A DNA stretch of 64,000 nucleotides from the IMG/VR virus record IMGVR_UViG_3300020331_000002, one strand, 5' to 3'. Positions within the stretch are counted from its first letter, which is position 1, and every line of letters starts with the position of its first letter. The translations under genes and the position numbers were made by a program. This document shows positions 8,996 through 18,877 of the stretch, piece after piece. This DNA comes from a virus. Lineage: Duplodnaviria > Caudoviricetes. The notes beneath the pieces were generated by a model that saw only the letters and a list, made by a program, of their open reading frames with translations, did not search any database and was not told the origin of the DNA.

Positions 8996-9447
8996 TTGAT
9001 GAAAACGAATTAATTGCGCGCCTATTGCGCCATATATTAGGCGATATGTCTAGTACTACCGTTTATGACATGCGCATGATACTAGAGGACGGTGAAGACC
9101 CTGAAGGGTATGAGGCTATTGTTTTTCAACCCGATGCAATTTTGCTTCCGGTAGATCAACCGTGTCACGACACATTTATTGTTATTTCCTATACTGAGCA
9201 AATTAACCCTAACGAAAAGGTCACTACGTTAACCGTATTAGGTGAAACAGACGACAAACCCGTGCGACATGCCAGTGACATAATGCTTGGATATCCTGAA
9301 CAACTTTTCTCAACTGACAGTACATATGGCGGTTTTTCAGAACTGCACGAGATGTTTGATCAAATATTAATCCAACTACATACTCGTGACGTTTCAGAGC
9401 AAGATGAACGTCGAACCGGTACATTGAAGTTATTTTCAAAGTTCTAG
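8992..9447 (+). CDS. hypothetical acidic protein
   Basis: ATGA overlap; 151 aa. Confidence 0.75.
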   Translation: MIDENELIARLLRHILGDMSSTTVYDMRMILEDGEDPEGYEAIVFQPDAILLPVDQPCHDTFIVISYTEQINPNEKVTTLTVLGETDDKPVRHASDIMLGYPEQLFSTDSTYGGFSELHEMFDQILIQLHTRDVSEQDERRTGTLKLFSKF

Positions 9448-9456
9448 CCAAAAGTC

Positions 9457-9520
9457 TTTACAAAAGATGAAAGGTTGTGTATCTTATAATTAAAACGTTA
9501 ACTTAATAAGGTACACAACT
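9457..9520 (+). promoter_or_regulatory. sigma70 promoter whose -10 region pairs with the downstream RBS
   Basis: TTTACA(9457)-17-TATCTT, plus TATAAT at 9485. GGTTGTGTATCTTAT(9473-87) pairs ATAAGGTACACAACT(9506-20), 15 bp with 2 G.U, ending at ATG 9521. Confidence 0.8.
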
Positions 9521-9895
9521 ATGGCAACAACAAAAGAAATCATCCACTCTATTCTTGATTCAATTACTGCGCCTGGTCCATTAGAGCGCGTATCTAGTGA
9601 CCTTAATAAACTAGTGTTAAAGGTACCTAGTTCTCTGAACCCCGGCACGTATGCGACATTTGAGCTTATCCGCACTAATGTTGAGTTTAACGTAGTCATT
9701 AATGTGCGTTCAACTGTGTTTAATAACGGCGAAGAAGTTCGTAATTGGGTTGTTCATAACGACGTTGACTCGGTTGATAAAAACATCATCGACAAGTGGT
9801 ACGCCGCTGAAATGGCAGCTACTGTCAACGAGATGAATCGACCAACTGACGGCCTGACTGAACTCAAGCGCTTTTACCAATCAAAGCAGGCGTAA
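9521..9895 (+). CDS. hypothetical protein
   Basis: SD AAGG behind the promoter. Confidence 0.75.
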   Translation: MATTKEIIHSILDSITAPGPLERVSSDLNKLVLKVPSSLNPGTYATFELIRTNVEFNVVINVRSTVFNNGEEVRNWVVHNDVDSVDKNIIDKWYAAEMAATVNEMNRPTDGLTELKRFYQSKQA

Positions 9896-9896
9896 T

Positions 9897-10259
9897 ATGA
9901 AAAGAAAATTTACTGAACTAACGTTTGTTGAGCTAGCGGCAATTGCCGCTAGCGTCAGTGTCGCGACTGGCAAAAATGTCCTAACATCTGGCGCTGACGC
10001 GGTATGTGAAAAATACGGCTTGCTATCCGTTTACGAAGCGCGTGCCATTAACCTAATACTCTGCGCACCTGATTCGCTGGAAGTAATGAACAAGCTCGTC
10101 GCGCATATGGGCGACAAAGCAAGCACACTCACACTCGGCTCACCTGACGTGTTGTGTGACATATTTTCGTGCCCGGGCGTTGAGCTCGACTACTTGGGTA
10201 GGTTCCTGTCAAATGTTGCCAACCGTGTTAGGTCTCTTGAGGAGCAATACCGTGACTGA
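9897..10259 (+). CDS. hypothetical protein
   Basis: 120-aa ORF in operon. Confidence 0.7.
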   Translation: MKRKFTELTFVELAAIAASVSVATGKNVLTSGADAVCEKYGLLSVYEARAINLILCAPDSLEVMNKLVAHMGDKASTLTLGSPDVLCDIFSCPGVELDYLGRFLSNVANRVRSLEEQYRD

Positions 10260-10665
10260 AATAACAACGATTCAGGACATCGCACAGCTAAGCGTACATG
10301 ACTATTATATCGTTGTGGAGCGCGAACCGACACCGACTATCCACGTTATTGCCCTGCCGGATGATATAAAGGGCGGCCAGTATTGGCAGTTGCGTTCCTT
10401 GCAATCGTCGCATAAACGCGCACTATCACATTGGTCCAACCGTTATTATAACGCTAGTGATTTTGGGAGAGTTCACCTACGTTTTTCAAACTCGTGTGAG
10501 TATATGAACATCCAATATGCCGTTGAACATGACCATAAAATGTATTCTTTGCACAAAATAGTTGTACATGAGTCAGTTTGGCAGTATTATAAGAATATAG
10601 GGTTTGACTACAAAAACAAAGCAGTCAAGCACCTAGAAGAAGTTTTTATAATTTTTGACAAATAA
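10252..10665 (+). CDS. hypothetical protein
   Basis: SD GAGGAG before GTG 10252. Confidence 0.7.
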   Translation: MTEITTIQDIAQLSVHDYYIVVEREPTPTIHVIALPDDIKGGQYWQLRSLQSSHKRALSHWSNRYYNASDFGRVHLRFSNSCEYMNIQYAVEHDHKMYSLHKIVVHESVWQYYKNIGFDYKNKAVKHLEEVFIIFDK

Positions 10666-10675
10666 GGTAATTACT

Positions 10676-11137
10676 ATGAAGAAATTTATTGTTGATGATG
10701 CGAAGATTGCCCGCGCGATGAACTTTATCAAAACTGTTAAACAAGCTTATGCCGACAACGGTGTAACTGATCAAAACGCGGTACTCGAGATATATGGTCG
10801 TGCTGTGCATATGGTGTTCAGTGATGTAGCGGTTGATGTTTTTGAAACATTGATGGTTGATCCAGCTACACATAATGACCCGAGTAACTTGAGCGATGAG
10901 TCAAACGCACTTGCTAGTTTCTATCACCAACTAGGCACTCACGCCCCGTTTTGTGTGTTCTTTGAGCCGTTTGAAAGCTTTGTGGTAGAGCGCTGCGACA
11001 TGAACGCTGCAACGTTTATCGACACTGTTCGCCTTGACTTAACTGAAGCGAAACTTGACCCTATTAGCTTAGAGGCACAAGCTGCTGAAGAAGCAGAAGC
11101 TGAAACCGAAGAGACTGAACATAGTTTGATGCACTAG
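10676..11137 (+). CDS. hypothetical acidic protein
   Basis: SD AAGG before ATG 10676; acidic C-terminus. Confidence 0.75.
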   Translation: MKKFIVDDAKIARAMNFIKTVKQAYADNGVTDQNAVLEIYGRAVHMVFSDVAVDVFETLMVDPATHNDPSNLSDESNALASFYHQLGTHAPFCVFFEPFESFVVERCDMNAATFIDTVRLDLTEAKLDPISLEAQAAEEAEAETEETEHSLMH

Positions 11138-11151
11138 TCATTTAAGTACTC

Positions 11152-11189
11152 AAAAAGGTAGTGAGATTGAAAAATTTCCTACCTTTTTT
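11152..11189 (+). terminator. intrinsic terminator
   Basis: AAAAAGGTAG..GAGATT-gaaa-AATTTC-CTACCTTTTTT. Confidence 0.75.
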
Positions 11190-11190
11190 C

Positions 11191-11218
11191 TTGGCCTGAA
11201 TTTAAACCTGTGTATAAT
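11191..11218 (+). promoter_or_regulatory. sigma70 promoter
   Basis: TTGGCC-16-TATAAT with TG upstream of the -10. Confidence 0.55.
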
Positions 11219-11253
11219 TAAAAGGGTGATGTTAAACGAAATAGGTAATTATT

Positions 11254-11370
11254 ATGACAGCGAAACAGAGAAAAATAACGGCAGATATTTACGTACCCGC
11301 AATCGTCTCCAGTTCGATTCTAGCAGTAGTGGCGTTTGTTGCGGTGAACGTTAGTTCTATAATTTTTTAA
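11254..11370 (+). CDS. 38-aa single-TM protein (not in ORF track)
   Basis: SD AGG behind the promoter; hydrophobic C-terminal half. Confidence 0.55.
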   Translation: MTAKQRKITADIYVPAIVSSSILAVVAFVAVNVSSIIF

Positions 11371-11384
11371 AAAGGTAATTGACT

Positions 11385-11717
11385 ATGCGAAACCTTTTAG
11401 CCGCTGCCTGTATATTTGCAGCAACCGCACAAGCGGAAGTTATAGAAGTGCCTGCCGACTTTAAGGACGGCACTCCGATCACCACGCATTCGTTTATGCA
11501 ACGCGATCCGTCCATCATAGATAAGTTCCTCCAAGTCCATGGTTACCTATGTATCTATGAATTCGACGGCGGCGCGCCTATGTGTTTCGGCATGCAAGCA
11601 CTTGAACTCAAAGACGGCAAATACCAGTTCAAAGACGATGCACCAGTTTTCAATTTTCCGGAAACTAAAATGACGCCAGGACTGAAAGCAATGTATACAA
11701 GCAAAGTGTGGTCTTAA
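11385..11717 (+). CDS. secreted/periplasmic protein with signal peptide
   Basis: MRNLLAAACIFAATAQA-EV resembles a signal peptidase I signal. Confidence 0.7.
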   Translation: MRNLLAAACIFAATAQAEVIEVPADFKDGTPITTHSFMQRDPSIIDKFLQVHGYLCIYEFDGGAPMCFGMQALELKDGKYQFKDDAPVFNFPETKMTPGLKAMYTSKVWS

Positions 11718-11727
11718 GTTTTAAAAG

Positions 11728-11755
11728 TTGTAATTTTGTGTGATCTGTGTATACT
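11728..11755 (+). promoter_or_regulatory. sigma70 promoter
   Basis: TTGTAA-16-TATACT with TG upstream of the -10. Confidence 0.55.
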
Positions 11756-11784
11756 AATCTTTAATAAACCAGCACGAGATAATT

Positions 11785-12384
11785 ATGAGTGACAAACCAC
11801 AAAACTGTGCCGCCTATTTCGAAATAGGCCGTTCGTATAAAATGGACGGTATGAATTGCGTTCGGATGCGAAACCTTATGTTTCGCTGTACAGGGCATAC
11901 CGAAGCTGGTTCTGCGCTGCTCAGTGTGCTATACGTTAATCCAGAAAATCATTCCGACGGATCTGCTCTCATTACTGTCTTGATTCAGACAGAAAACCAA
12001 ATGAAAATGTTTTCAAGGGTGACACAAAGTGAGCATGAGCATAAAACAGTCTATGGCATGAACCTTGCCGAGCTCCACTCTAATTTACGAAGCATATTGG
12101 GCTATCCTATCACTGAGGTTCTTGAAGTCATGCCTAAGTCAGCGCCGCTTGCTAATTTAAAAACAGGCAGCATGTTATCGGCGGCATACAGGCAACGTCC
12201 TGTCATTATAACATTTGATGTTTCTAAACATGGTCACATAACGCCGTATTACAAGGTTAAAGGCTCACTATTCCGTCGCAAAGTATTTGGTAACATTGCG
12301 CCTATACCAAAGGTACCGCCTTCCACCATGGGCGAAGTTATGTTTTATATCAACAATACTTTCTCAAAGGTAGCAATAGCATAA
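11785..12384 (+). CDS. hypothetical protein
   Basis: 199-aa ORF behind promoter. Confidence 0.75.
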   Translation: MSDKPQNCAAYFEIGRSYKMDGMNCVRMRNLMFRCTGHTEAGSALLSVLYVNPENHSDGSALITVLIQTENQMKMFSRVTQSEHEHKTVYGMNLAELHSNLRSILGYPITEVLEVMPKSAPLANLKTGSMLSAAYRQRPVIITFDVSKHGHITPYYKVKGSLFRRKVFGNIAPIPKVPPSTMGEVMFYINNTFSKVAIA

Positions 12385-12392
12385 GGACACAT

Positions 12393-12875
12393 ATGGAATT
12401 TTATTGTAATACCCCAACATGTAACGCTGGACTTCTTAGTTCAGACCCAATGCAAGCGCTACTTGGCAACATAGTATGCCATGAATGCGGTAACCCTGCC
12501 GAAATAAGTGAGCATGAAAAAGAAACTGCCGCAATTGCGCTAATCAATATGGGCGCCGGGTCATATAAACTTGGACTAGGGTCGCAGGTTGTGTACGTTG
12601 TGGACGACGAGTTTGGCAATCCTGCTATGTCAGAAGGCACATTTGTATGCACTCATGACAATGCGTTTATATTCGCTACGGCGTATGGCGAAATGGATAG
12701 AGTTGACGCCTCCCGGATGGTGTCTATCACGTTGGCTGAAGAAGACTTCAACAAGTGCCTAAACGAGATCACTACGGTACTGTCTAGCTATTTGACAGAA
12801 GCTCCCATTGACTCTATCACAGACTTAGCTCGCGGGATGATACAGGATAAAATTGAGTTCAGGAGAACATTGTGA
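12393..12875 (+). CDS. hypothetical protein with N-terminal Zn ribbon
   Basis: CxxxxC...CxxC; SD AAGGA. Confidence 0.75.
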   Translation: MEFYCNTPTCNAGLLSSDPMQALLGNIVCHECGNPAEISEHEKETAAIALINMGAGSYKLGLGSQVVYVVDDEFGNPAMSEGTFVCTHDNAFIFATAYGEMDRVDASRMVSITLAEEDFNKCLNEITTVLSSYLTEAPIDSITDLARGMIQDKIEFRRTL

Positions 12876-13216
12876 TGGAGTACTACGGCTACCTGGGTTT
12901 GTATTTAATAGGCGTTCTCGCCGCGGGTATCGTCGCTTCTCACCATTTGTACTATAACGTTATGGCATTTGAAGAATGCGTCAACTCAAGCCCGTGGCGC
13001 TATCCGCTTGGATTACAGCCTTTTATTATTATTTGCATATTAGTATGGCCTGCCGGGATGCTGGTGTATCTGGCGCTTAAAGTTGAAAATAGGTCAATGG
13101 CGACTATATTTGATACTGGTGAATCTCATCCTGATTCCACATTGGGTGCTATAGCTATTATATCCGTCATGGTATCAGGGATCATGGCCTCCATATTAGT
13201 TGCCTTCTTCGAGTAA
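12872..13216 (+). CDS. membrane protein (3 TM)
   Basis: SD AGGAG; hydrophobic segments. Confidence 0.75.
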   Translation: MMEYYGYLGLYLIGVLAAGIVASHHLYYNVMAFEECVNSSPWRYPLGLQPFIIICILVWPAGMLVYLALKVENRSMATIFDTGESHPDSTLGAIAIISVMVSGIMASILVAFFE

Positions 13217-13219
13217 AGA

Positions 13220-13498
13220 ATGATGGAACCAATAAAACTCACAAAAGATATTACAGTTGACGCGTTCGAATTGCTAGACAAATTGGACGCCATATGTAAC
13301 ACTACTAATAACGACGAGCTGGTTTCTGAATTGAGACAATTCGCAGCAACCCTTGCAGTCGACGTATCGCGCAAATGTGACGACGTGGTGCGACTATCAG
13401 GTAGATCAACTACTTTTTATGACAAGAAGGCTAGTGAAATGAAGTCGCTATCCGAAAAATTATTATTGGGGCCAAACAATGTTTTTCCGAAATTATAG
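13220..13498 (+). CDS. hypothetical protein
   Basis: 92-aa ORF in operon. Confidence 0.7.
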   Translation: MMEPIKLTKDITVDAFELLDKLDAICNTTNNDELVSELRQFAATLAVDVSRKCDDVVRLSGRSTTFYDKKASEMKSLSEKLLLGPNNVFPKL

Positions 13499-14099
13499 AA
13501 ATGCGCAGCTTGAATTTTCTAGGAGTGTTTCACCAGACACAATGTATGTGCCTTGGCAATTAACTTCACGGACAAGATGGCTAAAGTCCAAACTCAACTG
13601 CACTGTGTATTATGAGGCACGGACGTTCTACTTAAAGGACATCAAACGCCGCCATTTTTGGCTTTCGTACATGATGGACTATATCACGTTTGTCCTTGCA
13701 TGGGGCGACGAGATCGAAACCGGATTCGCATCACACATTAAAATGTTATTGGTGATAATGGGCGGCATAGTAGTCCCGTTTACTGGTATTTTGTACGCTC
13801 GTGAAATGAAACGCGAACTCGCTAAATGGAAAGTGAAGGATGGCGAAGACACCTTTTTTGCAACCCGTACCGTTGAACTATACTGGTTCTCATCCAACTC
13901 ACTTGATATCCCGCCTACCCATGAGTTTAATGTTAAAGAGAAGTACAAGATGGGTACTGTTGGTTGCCGGTATTGTTCTGGTTTGTGTAACAAGGATTTA
14001 TCTGGCACAACGAAGATGATGTGCCGGAACGATAACTGTCATTACGACGAACTATCCCCCAAGAACTATTATAGCACGAATAAAGGGGTCAACACATGA
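13479..14099 (+). CDS. hypothetical protein (TM segment plus C-terminal Cys cluster)
   Basis: CRYC...CRNDNC; hydrophobic central segment. Confidence 0.7.
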   Translation: MFFRNYRNAQLEFSRSVSPDTMYVPWQLTSRTRWLKSKLNCTVYYEARTFYLKDIKRRHFWLSYMMDYITFVLAWGDEIETGFASHIKMLLVIMGGIVVPFTGILYAREMKRELAKWKVKDGEDTFFATRTVELYWFSSNSLDIPPTHEFNVKEKYKMGTVGCRYCSGLCNKDLSGTTKMMCRNDNCHYDELSPKNYYSTNKGVNT

Positions 14100-14977
14100 T
14101 CGCAGCGTATCGGTATTTTAATACTGAGTTGGGCATGTGGCAGTATGTCGACTGTCACCAAGCAGGATCAGTAAAGGGTTATGAAGTTAAGGCTGTGTTC
14201 AGTAATGTTGACGCTTACGGGCTACCAATTATCCAGGGTAACCGCTACGCGTTGATGATACCTGAAATAGGCACGAATGCAGCATACGGTGATGTATACG
14301 AGTGTATTGTACACGAAGAGCCCGTGGATGACATACCTGCTCTAGTACCAGTGGATGGTGACTTTTCTGACACAATTGTCGTACATGTAGATGAACTAAC
14401 GAAAAACTTTGCGTTAGTGCTAGATAGTGATACCAATACCGTACCGCTACGGGTGGTATCAGACATGGCCTCTGCATTAGTGACCGCTTGTGTAGACTTA
14501 ATCAAAGACGATCATTACGATGCTGCTGAATACATGATGAGTGAGTTTCTTGCAGCCGAACCCCAGCGCCGCAAGTATATAGAAGCACAGTTATCAGATG
14601 GTTCTGCAAGTGCGCGTTCTTTTATTGACGAGATCAGCTCACTACGTTACGCACTAACCCAAGCAAAGCTTGCTATCAAAAACAGCAAGTGTCGTGAAGA
14701 GTATCTTAAAGATGAACTTATGCGTGCGTCGCGTGATAATATTGAGCTAGAACACACGCGCATGCGAATGTTCAACGACGAAGAAGTATGGATATATGAT
14801 CCTAAAGGTGAAAACATAATTAGTTCTTTAGTGTGCCCGCTAACAATGCACGCTTCAACCTTACAGGACATTACAAATCTGGCAGTTGATCGCGCACTAG
14901 CGGCAAAGAATGCCAAGGAAATAGAACAATTACGCAACGAAATCGAATCAGGAGTGTTTTATGACAACCATCCTTGA
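14096..14977 (+). CDS. hypothetical protein
   Basis: 293-aa ORF; ATGA overlap. Confidence 0.75.
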   Translation: MIAAYRYFNTELGMWQYVDCHQAGSVKGYEVKAVFSNVDAYGLPIIQGNRYALMIPEIGTNAAYGDVYECIVHEEPVDDIPALVPVDGDFSDTIVVHVDELTKNFALVLDSDTNTVPLRVVSDMASALVTACVDLIKDDHYDAAEYMMSEFLAAEPQRRKYIEAQLSDGSASARSFIDEISSLRYALTQAKLAIKNSKCREEYLKDELMRASRDNIELEHTRMRMFNDEEVWIYDPKGENIISSLVCPLTMHASTLQDITNLAVDRALAAKNAKEIEQLRNEIESGVFYDNHP

Positions 14978-15254
14978 TATGGGAAAGTTAACAAATAGTG
15001 TTGAGGTGGCCAATGATGATCACGGCCCACACAAACATTTAAAAGTGATGATTGGTCTGAATCCGTTTGATTATTCTACCACATCGTTTACTAAGGTGCG
15101 AAGAATTAGAGTACCTGAAGAAAACATACACCAAGTCGCTGACGTACTAGAAGACCTCTTAAACTGTGCCATGAACACCGGCGCAAATGCTGTACAGGAA
15201 CAGGTAAGACTTGCAGAGCTCGAACGCAAGAACGCGCTAGAACGGGGTTGGTGA
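14961..15254 (+). CDS. hypothetical protein
   Basis: SD AGGAG. Confidence 0.7.
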   Translation: MTTILDMGKLTNSVEVANDDHGPHKHLKVMIGLNPFDYSTTSFTKVRRIRVPEENIHQVADVLEDLLNCAMNTGANAVQEQVRLAELERKNALERGW

Positions 15255-15255
15255 T

Positions 15256-15573
15256 ATGTTTCAACGCTATGAGTACGAATACGTACTAGATTTCTTAGCG
15301 ACCCTGAGGCTTGAAGGACACGATGTAGAAGTGCTGAGTTCAGGGTACCTTACCAATATGATATGGATAAGTTTTTCGCTACAGTATTCTGAATCAGGCA
15401 CACTCATTTTTAGTCTTAAAAAGAACAAATACGGTTACGGGTTGTCTGTATCTGACTTTAACGAATCGTCGCTAGTGGCAGTCTCGTCCCCGCCGCCGGG
15501 CATTACTGATGATGTTTCCGGTGTTAATGAGTTGCTTGATGAGGTGAGGAAACGGTTACCCGACCCGCGTTAG
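15256..15573 (+). CDS. hypothetical protein
   Basis: last ORF of the + strand early block. Confidence 0.65.
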   Translation: MFQRYEYEYVLDFLATLRLEGHDVEVLSSGYLTNMIWISFSLQYSESGTLIFSLKKNKYGYGLSVSDFNESSLVAVSSPPPGITDDVSGVNELLDEVRKRLPDPR

Positions 15574-15788
15574 GCCGGAACCTCTGTTTTGAAAAGGTCG
15601 TCTTTACAGTAAGACGACTCTTTCGTCTTCGTATTCAGATAAATGCGCCAAAGCCCGTTTAAAACCATACCAGATATGACGTCACTATTAGGGTAGAGTT
15701 TGTCTACCTGTATGGTGTAAGTGTTAAATTCGAGTATATACGGCAAACGACAATACGGTGTTCCCGCAAATAAGCAAAGTTGTTTCAT
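15570..15788 (-). CDS. hypothetical protein
   Basis: SD AAGGA; own TTTACT-17-TAGACT promoter. Confidence 0.65.
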   Translation of the reverse strand: MKQLCLFAGTPYCRLPYILEFNTYTIQVDKLYPNSDVISGMVLNGLWRIYLNTKTKESSYCKDDLFKTEVPA

Positions 15789-15873
15789 AGTTTGTCCTTT
15801 TTTATTTCTTTTAGTCTACTATTAGTGCAACCCTAAGTAAACCTTTTCTTGAATGTGAAACTTTCTCAGACAG

Positions 15874-15879
15874 TAAATA
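15874..15879 (+). promoter_or_regulatory. T4-type late promoter core TAAATA
   Basis: 27 nt upstream of ATG 15907; same spacing as the other TAAATA sites. Confidence 0.6.
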
Positions 15880-15906
15880 TGATAAAACAACATAACGGGG
15901 CAGAGT

Positions 15907-16224
15907 ATGATTCATAATGTTCGAGTGTATACCTCGCGCGAGCTGGCCGCTGAAGAAATAGACGAGTTGATAGACGCGGTGGATTACGTTGTAGATGTAG
16001 TGCCACGCGATTTCTACGACAACGAACACAACATGCAAGTGAGCTATCTTAACGTATACGATCAAGAAGAAGGTGACTGGGTATATGAGATGTCAGTAGC
16101 GCGTATGCTACAAGACACCGACGCACAAGAAATCATCGAAATACTAAGTGAGTTCCTGGATGTAGACTTTGACTTAGACGCATCCTTTGAAGAAGATGAA
16201 TGTGAGGCGTGTAATGCCAATTAG
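15907..16224 (+). CDS. highly acidic small protein
   Basis: 30 of 105 residues D/E, 4 R, no K. Confidence 0.75.
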   Translation: MIHNVRVYTSRELAAEEIDELIDAVDYVVDVVPRDFYDNEHNMQVSYLNVYDQEEGDWVYEMSVARMLQDTDAQEIIEILSEFLDVDFDLDASFEEDECEACNAN

Positions 16225-17401
16225 ATTTAGAGGCCCGGTGAGGCCACGTAAATTAAAATCACCAGATCCAATTAATATACCAACAGTACGCGACAATAAA
16301 GCATCACGGGTTAGAAGCGATGTCGAGTACTTCAAAGCCAATGGCGAGATGCCGAGCGTAACTTCGAAATGGTCGTCCATGTCTGTATACTTCCAGATTC
16401 CTGGACACACAGCAAACGGCGGTGTCGACTCGGTTGATGTAAACGGCGATGTAATGGCCATAATGTCTTCGGCAACAAACACGATCTATATCTTTAAGAA
16501 AGACGTGAACGGCGAATATCAACAAACCGATACAACCACGCAATCTGGCGGTGATTATTCCGACATTTACCTTATGCCTGCTGTAGGCAAGGTTGTATAC
16601 TCTGCACCGTTGGCCAGTAGCAACGAGGGTCGTTTAGTTGCTATGGACCTTGACTTTGCAACAGGCATCCTGGACCAGGCATCTAGAAACGTTTATCCGT
16701 TAAGTACCGGGAGAGACAACTCGTACGACGGCCGTGGCATAATCGGCATTGGCAATACTATATTCAGTGGCGCGCCGGGGTATTACTTGAGCAGTGCCAG
16801 CGCACGTGGTGGCTTGTTATCGTTCCGTGACACTGCGTCTGGCGCATTAAAGCCCCTTAACGTGTCTTACTTAGGCGGTATAAATGAATCAAATAATCAC
16901 GTCTACGGTAACCGCATATATAACGAAGACGGTTTGTTCGCTAACACGCTAGCAACTGATAGTAGCCGCCTCTTAGTACTTGCGCCTGGTGCTGCGTCAT
17001 TCAATACAGCTGATAACGGTTATATATCTGTATTTGACTATGACGACACGAATCAGTCACTAACAGAGATACAGAAGATAGACAACCCGGCGATGCCGCA
17101 GTATGCAGGAACTCAAGCTTCAATGAGAGCCTTAGCCGCGCTGAATGGCAAAATACTTGCGCTGCTTAATGTCGGCGGACCAGATAACAACTACGACCCC
17201 TTACGAACGTCTTTGGTAGAGTATACATGGGACGGTAGTGCGTATATTCAATCAGGATGGTCGGATGTAGAGTTATCCCCTGATTGGACGGCTAACAGTA
17301 CAGACAGCGTAATAGCCCATATGACTATGCTAAGTGATACTGAACTATTGATACCTGGTACTGGCATATCAGGTGGCAAAATTTATAAGGTGACAAAGTA
17401 A
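16214..17401 (+). CDS. MPIRF-family paralog 1: shared N-module plus beta-propeller-like domain (putative virion/adhesin protein)
   Basis: MPIRFRGPVRPRKLKSPDP module; repeated beta-rich blades (FSGAPG, VLAPGA). Confidence 0.8.
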   Translation: MPIRFRGPVRPRKLKSPDPINIPTVRDNKASRVRSDVEYFKANGEMPSVTSKWSSMSVYFQIPGHTANGGVDSVDVNGDVMAIMSSATNTIYIFKKDVNGEYQQTDTTTQSGGDYSDIYLMPAVGKVVYSAPLASSNEGRLVAMDLDFATGILDQASRNVYPLSTGRDNSYDGRGIIGIGNTIFSGAPGYYLSSASARGGLLSFRDTASGALKPLNVSYLGGINESNNHVYGNRIYNEDGLFANTLATDSSRLLVLAPGAASFNTADNGYISVFDYDDTNQSLTEIQKIDNPAMPQYAGTQASMRALAALNGKILALLNVGGPDNNYDPLRTSLVEYTWDGSAYIQSGWSDVELSPDWTANSTDSVIAHMTMLSDTELLIPGTGISGGKIYKVTK

Positions 17402-18141
17402 TGCCAATTAGATTCAGAGGCCCGGTAAGGCCGAAAAAACTAATATCACCAGACCCAATCAATATTCCGGTTATAAGGAATGATAAAGTACCAAAGATCA
17501 AATCCGAAGTACAGTATTACAAAGAACACGGCGAGATGCCACTAACCGGCGAACGCGTTCCTGAAAGCAGACTATCACGTATTGACTGGAAAGTAGCGGG
17601 CGACAAACTATCTGTACTTGACTACCAAACAGGTATCGAGTACCTTCGTTTATCTGAATCAGTTGGACGATCAATCGATGACGTTAGTGCTAACTTCGGC
17701 ACAGGCGGAGACTTCGAAGGCTGGCGTCTAGCTACTGAAGCAGAGATTAATTCTTTTATGGACTACGTAGTCGCATCAGCCGGCACTGGTCCGGGCTTTA
17801 CTACTGACGGACAGAGCGCGAACGTCAGCACATCCTTACAAGAATGGCAGGACTTTGTTCGTATAATGGGTTATACTTACACCGTTTCGGACAGACTGCA
17901 CTCGTTTGGTATATTCTACGACGGCTCTGAAATACTTAACTCAGGTGTGCTGGGGTACGATAGTGGCGATGCGCGTTTTAGACGTAGTCACAACGATGGT
18001 GGTATTGACAATAACACTTCAAGTTCATTGGCTGCTGCGGGTGTGTGGATAGTAAACGACGGTGGGGTCAGTATCGAGTCCATTGAATATCCTGAACTCA
18101 ATAAAAACAACCCTAACTCGCCATATAACCAAGGAGGTTGA
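17401..18141 (+). CDS. MPIRF-family paralog 2: N-module plus Lcl/DUF1566-like domain
   Basis: DYQTGIEYLRL...GWRLATEAE; ends NNPNSPYNQG. Confidence 0.8.
   Translation: MPIRFRGPVRPKKLISPDPINIPVIRNDKVPKIKSEVQYYKEHGEMPLTGERVPESRLSRIDWKVAGDKLSVLDYQTGIEYLRLSESVGRSIDDVSANFGTGGDFEGWRLATEAEINSFMDYVVASAGTGPGFTTDGQSANVSTSLQEWQDFVRIMGYTYTVSDRLHSFGIFYDGSEILNSGVLGYDSGDARFRRSHNDGGIDNNTSSSLAAAGVWIVNDGGVSIESIEYPELNKNNPNSPYNQGG
18109..18135 (+). repeat. 27-bp exact direct repeat, copy 1 (copy 2 at 18843-18869)
   Basis: AACCCTAACTCGCCATATAACCAAGGA at the 3' ends of paralogs 2 and 3; contains the SD for the next gene. Confidence 0.9.
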
Positions 18142-18143
18142 TT

Positions 18144-18875
18144 ATGCCGATTAGATTTAAAGGTCCAGTAAGGCCACGTAAACTAATATCACCTGATCCG
18201 ATTAATATTCCGGTTGTTCGTGATAATAAGGCATCGCGTGTTAGGCAAGACGTCGAGTACTTCAAAGCCAACGGAGAAATGCCAAGTGTTGAGCCGACAT
18301 TAGGTCCGCCAGAAGGTCAAGCAATAGGCGACGCTGACGTATCGACGGCCGGGGATAATAAAGCATTCATCGATTACCGAACTGGTCTTGAGTGGGTTCG
18401 GCTTGCCCAAACGAATACATTCACTGACACGACTATCCAAAATGAGCTACAAGAAGGCGGCCAATTCGAAGGGTTTAGAATTGCAAATGAGGCTGAAACG
18501 GAATCATTGCTGCACACAATTACACCTAATTATTTCGACCCCGTTCATGTTTATGCAGTCGATACTCACTACATTGTGCCGGCACAATGGCACAACTGGA
18601 ACTCTATAATGGGTATAACAGGCAACAAACACGGAAGGGACTGGTCGTATGGCATATACGACACCGGTTCTGGCTTCAAACACGGCGGAACTGACGCTTG
18701 GGCTGAATCTAATAGGTTGCCTAATAGGCTGATGAAGTTCAATAAAAGTGAGGCCCTTGACTTTGATTTCATGGGCATATTTTTAGTGTCAGACGGCGGC
18801 AACACCTTGTTGAGTCAAGAGTTCCCTCACTACATGGTTAATAACCCTAACTCGCCATATAACCAAGGAACGTAA
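18144..18875 (+). CDS. MPIRF-family paralog 3: N-module plus Lcl/DUF1566-like domain
   Basis: SD AAGGAGG; DYRTGLEWVRL...GFRIANEAE; ends NNPNSPYNQG. Confidence 0.8.
   Translation: MPIRFKGPVRPRKLISPDPINIPVVRDNKASRVRQDVEYFKANGEMPSVEPTLGPPEGQAIGDADVSTAGDNKAFIDYRTGLEWVRLAQTNTFTDTTIQNELQEGGQFEGFRIANEAETESLLHTITPNYFDPVHVYAVDTHYIVPAQWHNWNSIMGITGNKHGRDWSYGIYDTGSGFKHGGTDAWAESNRLPNRLMKFNKSEALDFDFMGIFLVSDGGNTLLSQEFPHYMVNNPNSPYNQGT
18843..18869 (+). repeat. 27-bp exact direct repeat, copy 2
   Basis: identical to 18109-18135. Confidence 0.9.
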
Positions 18876-18877
18876 CA

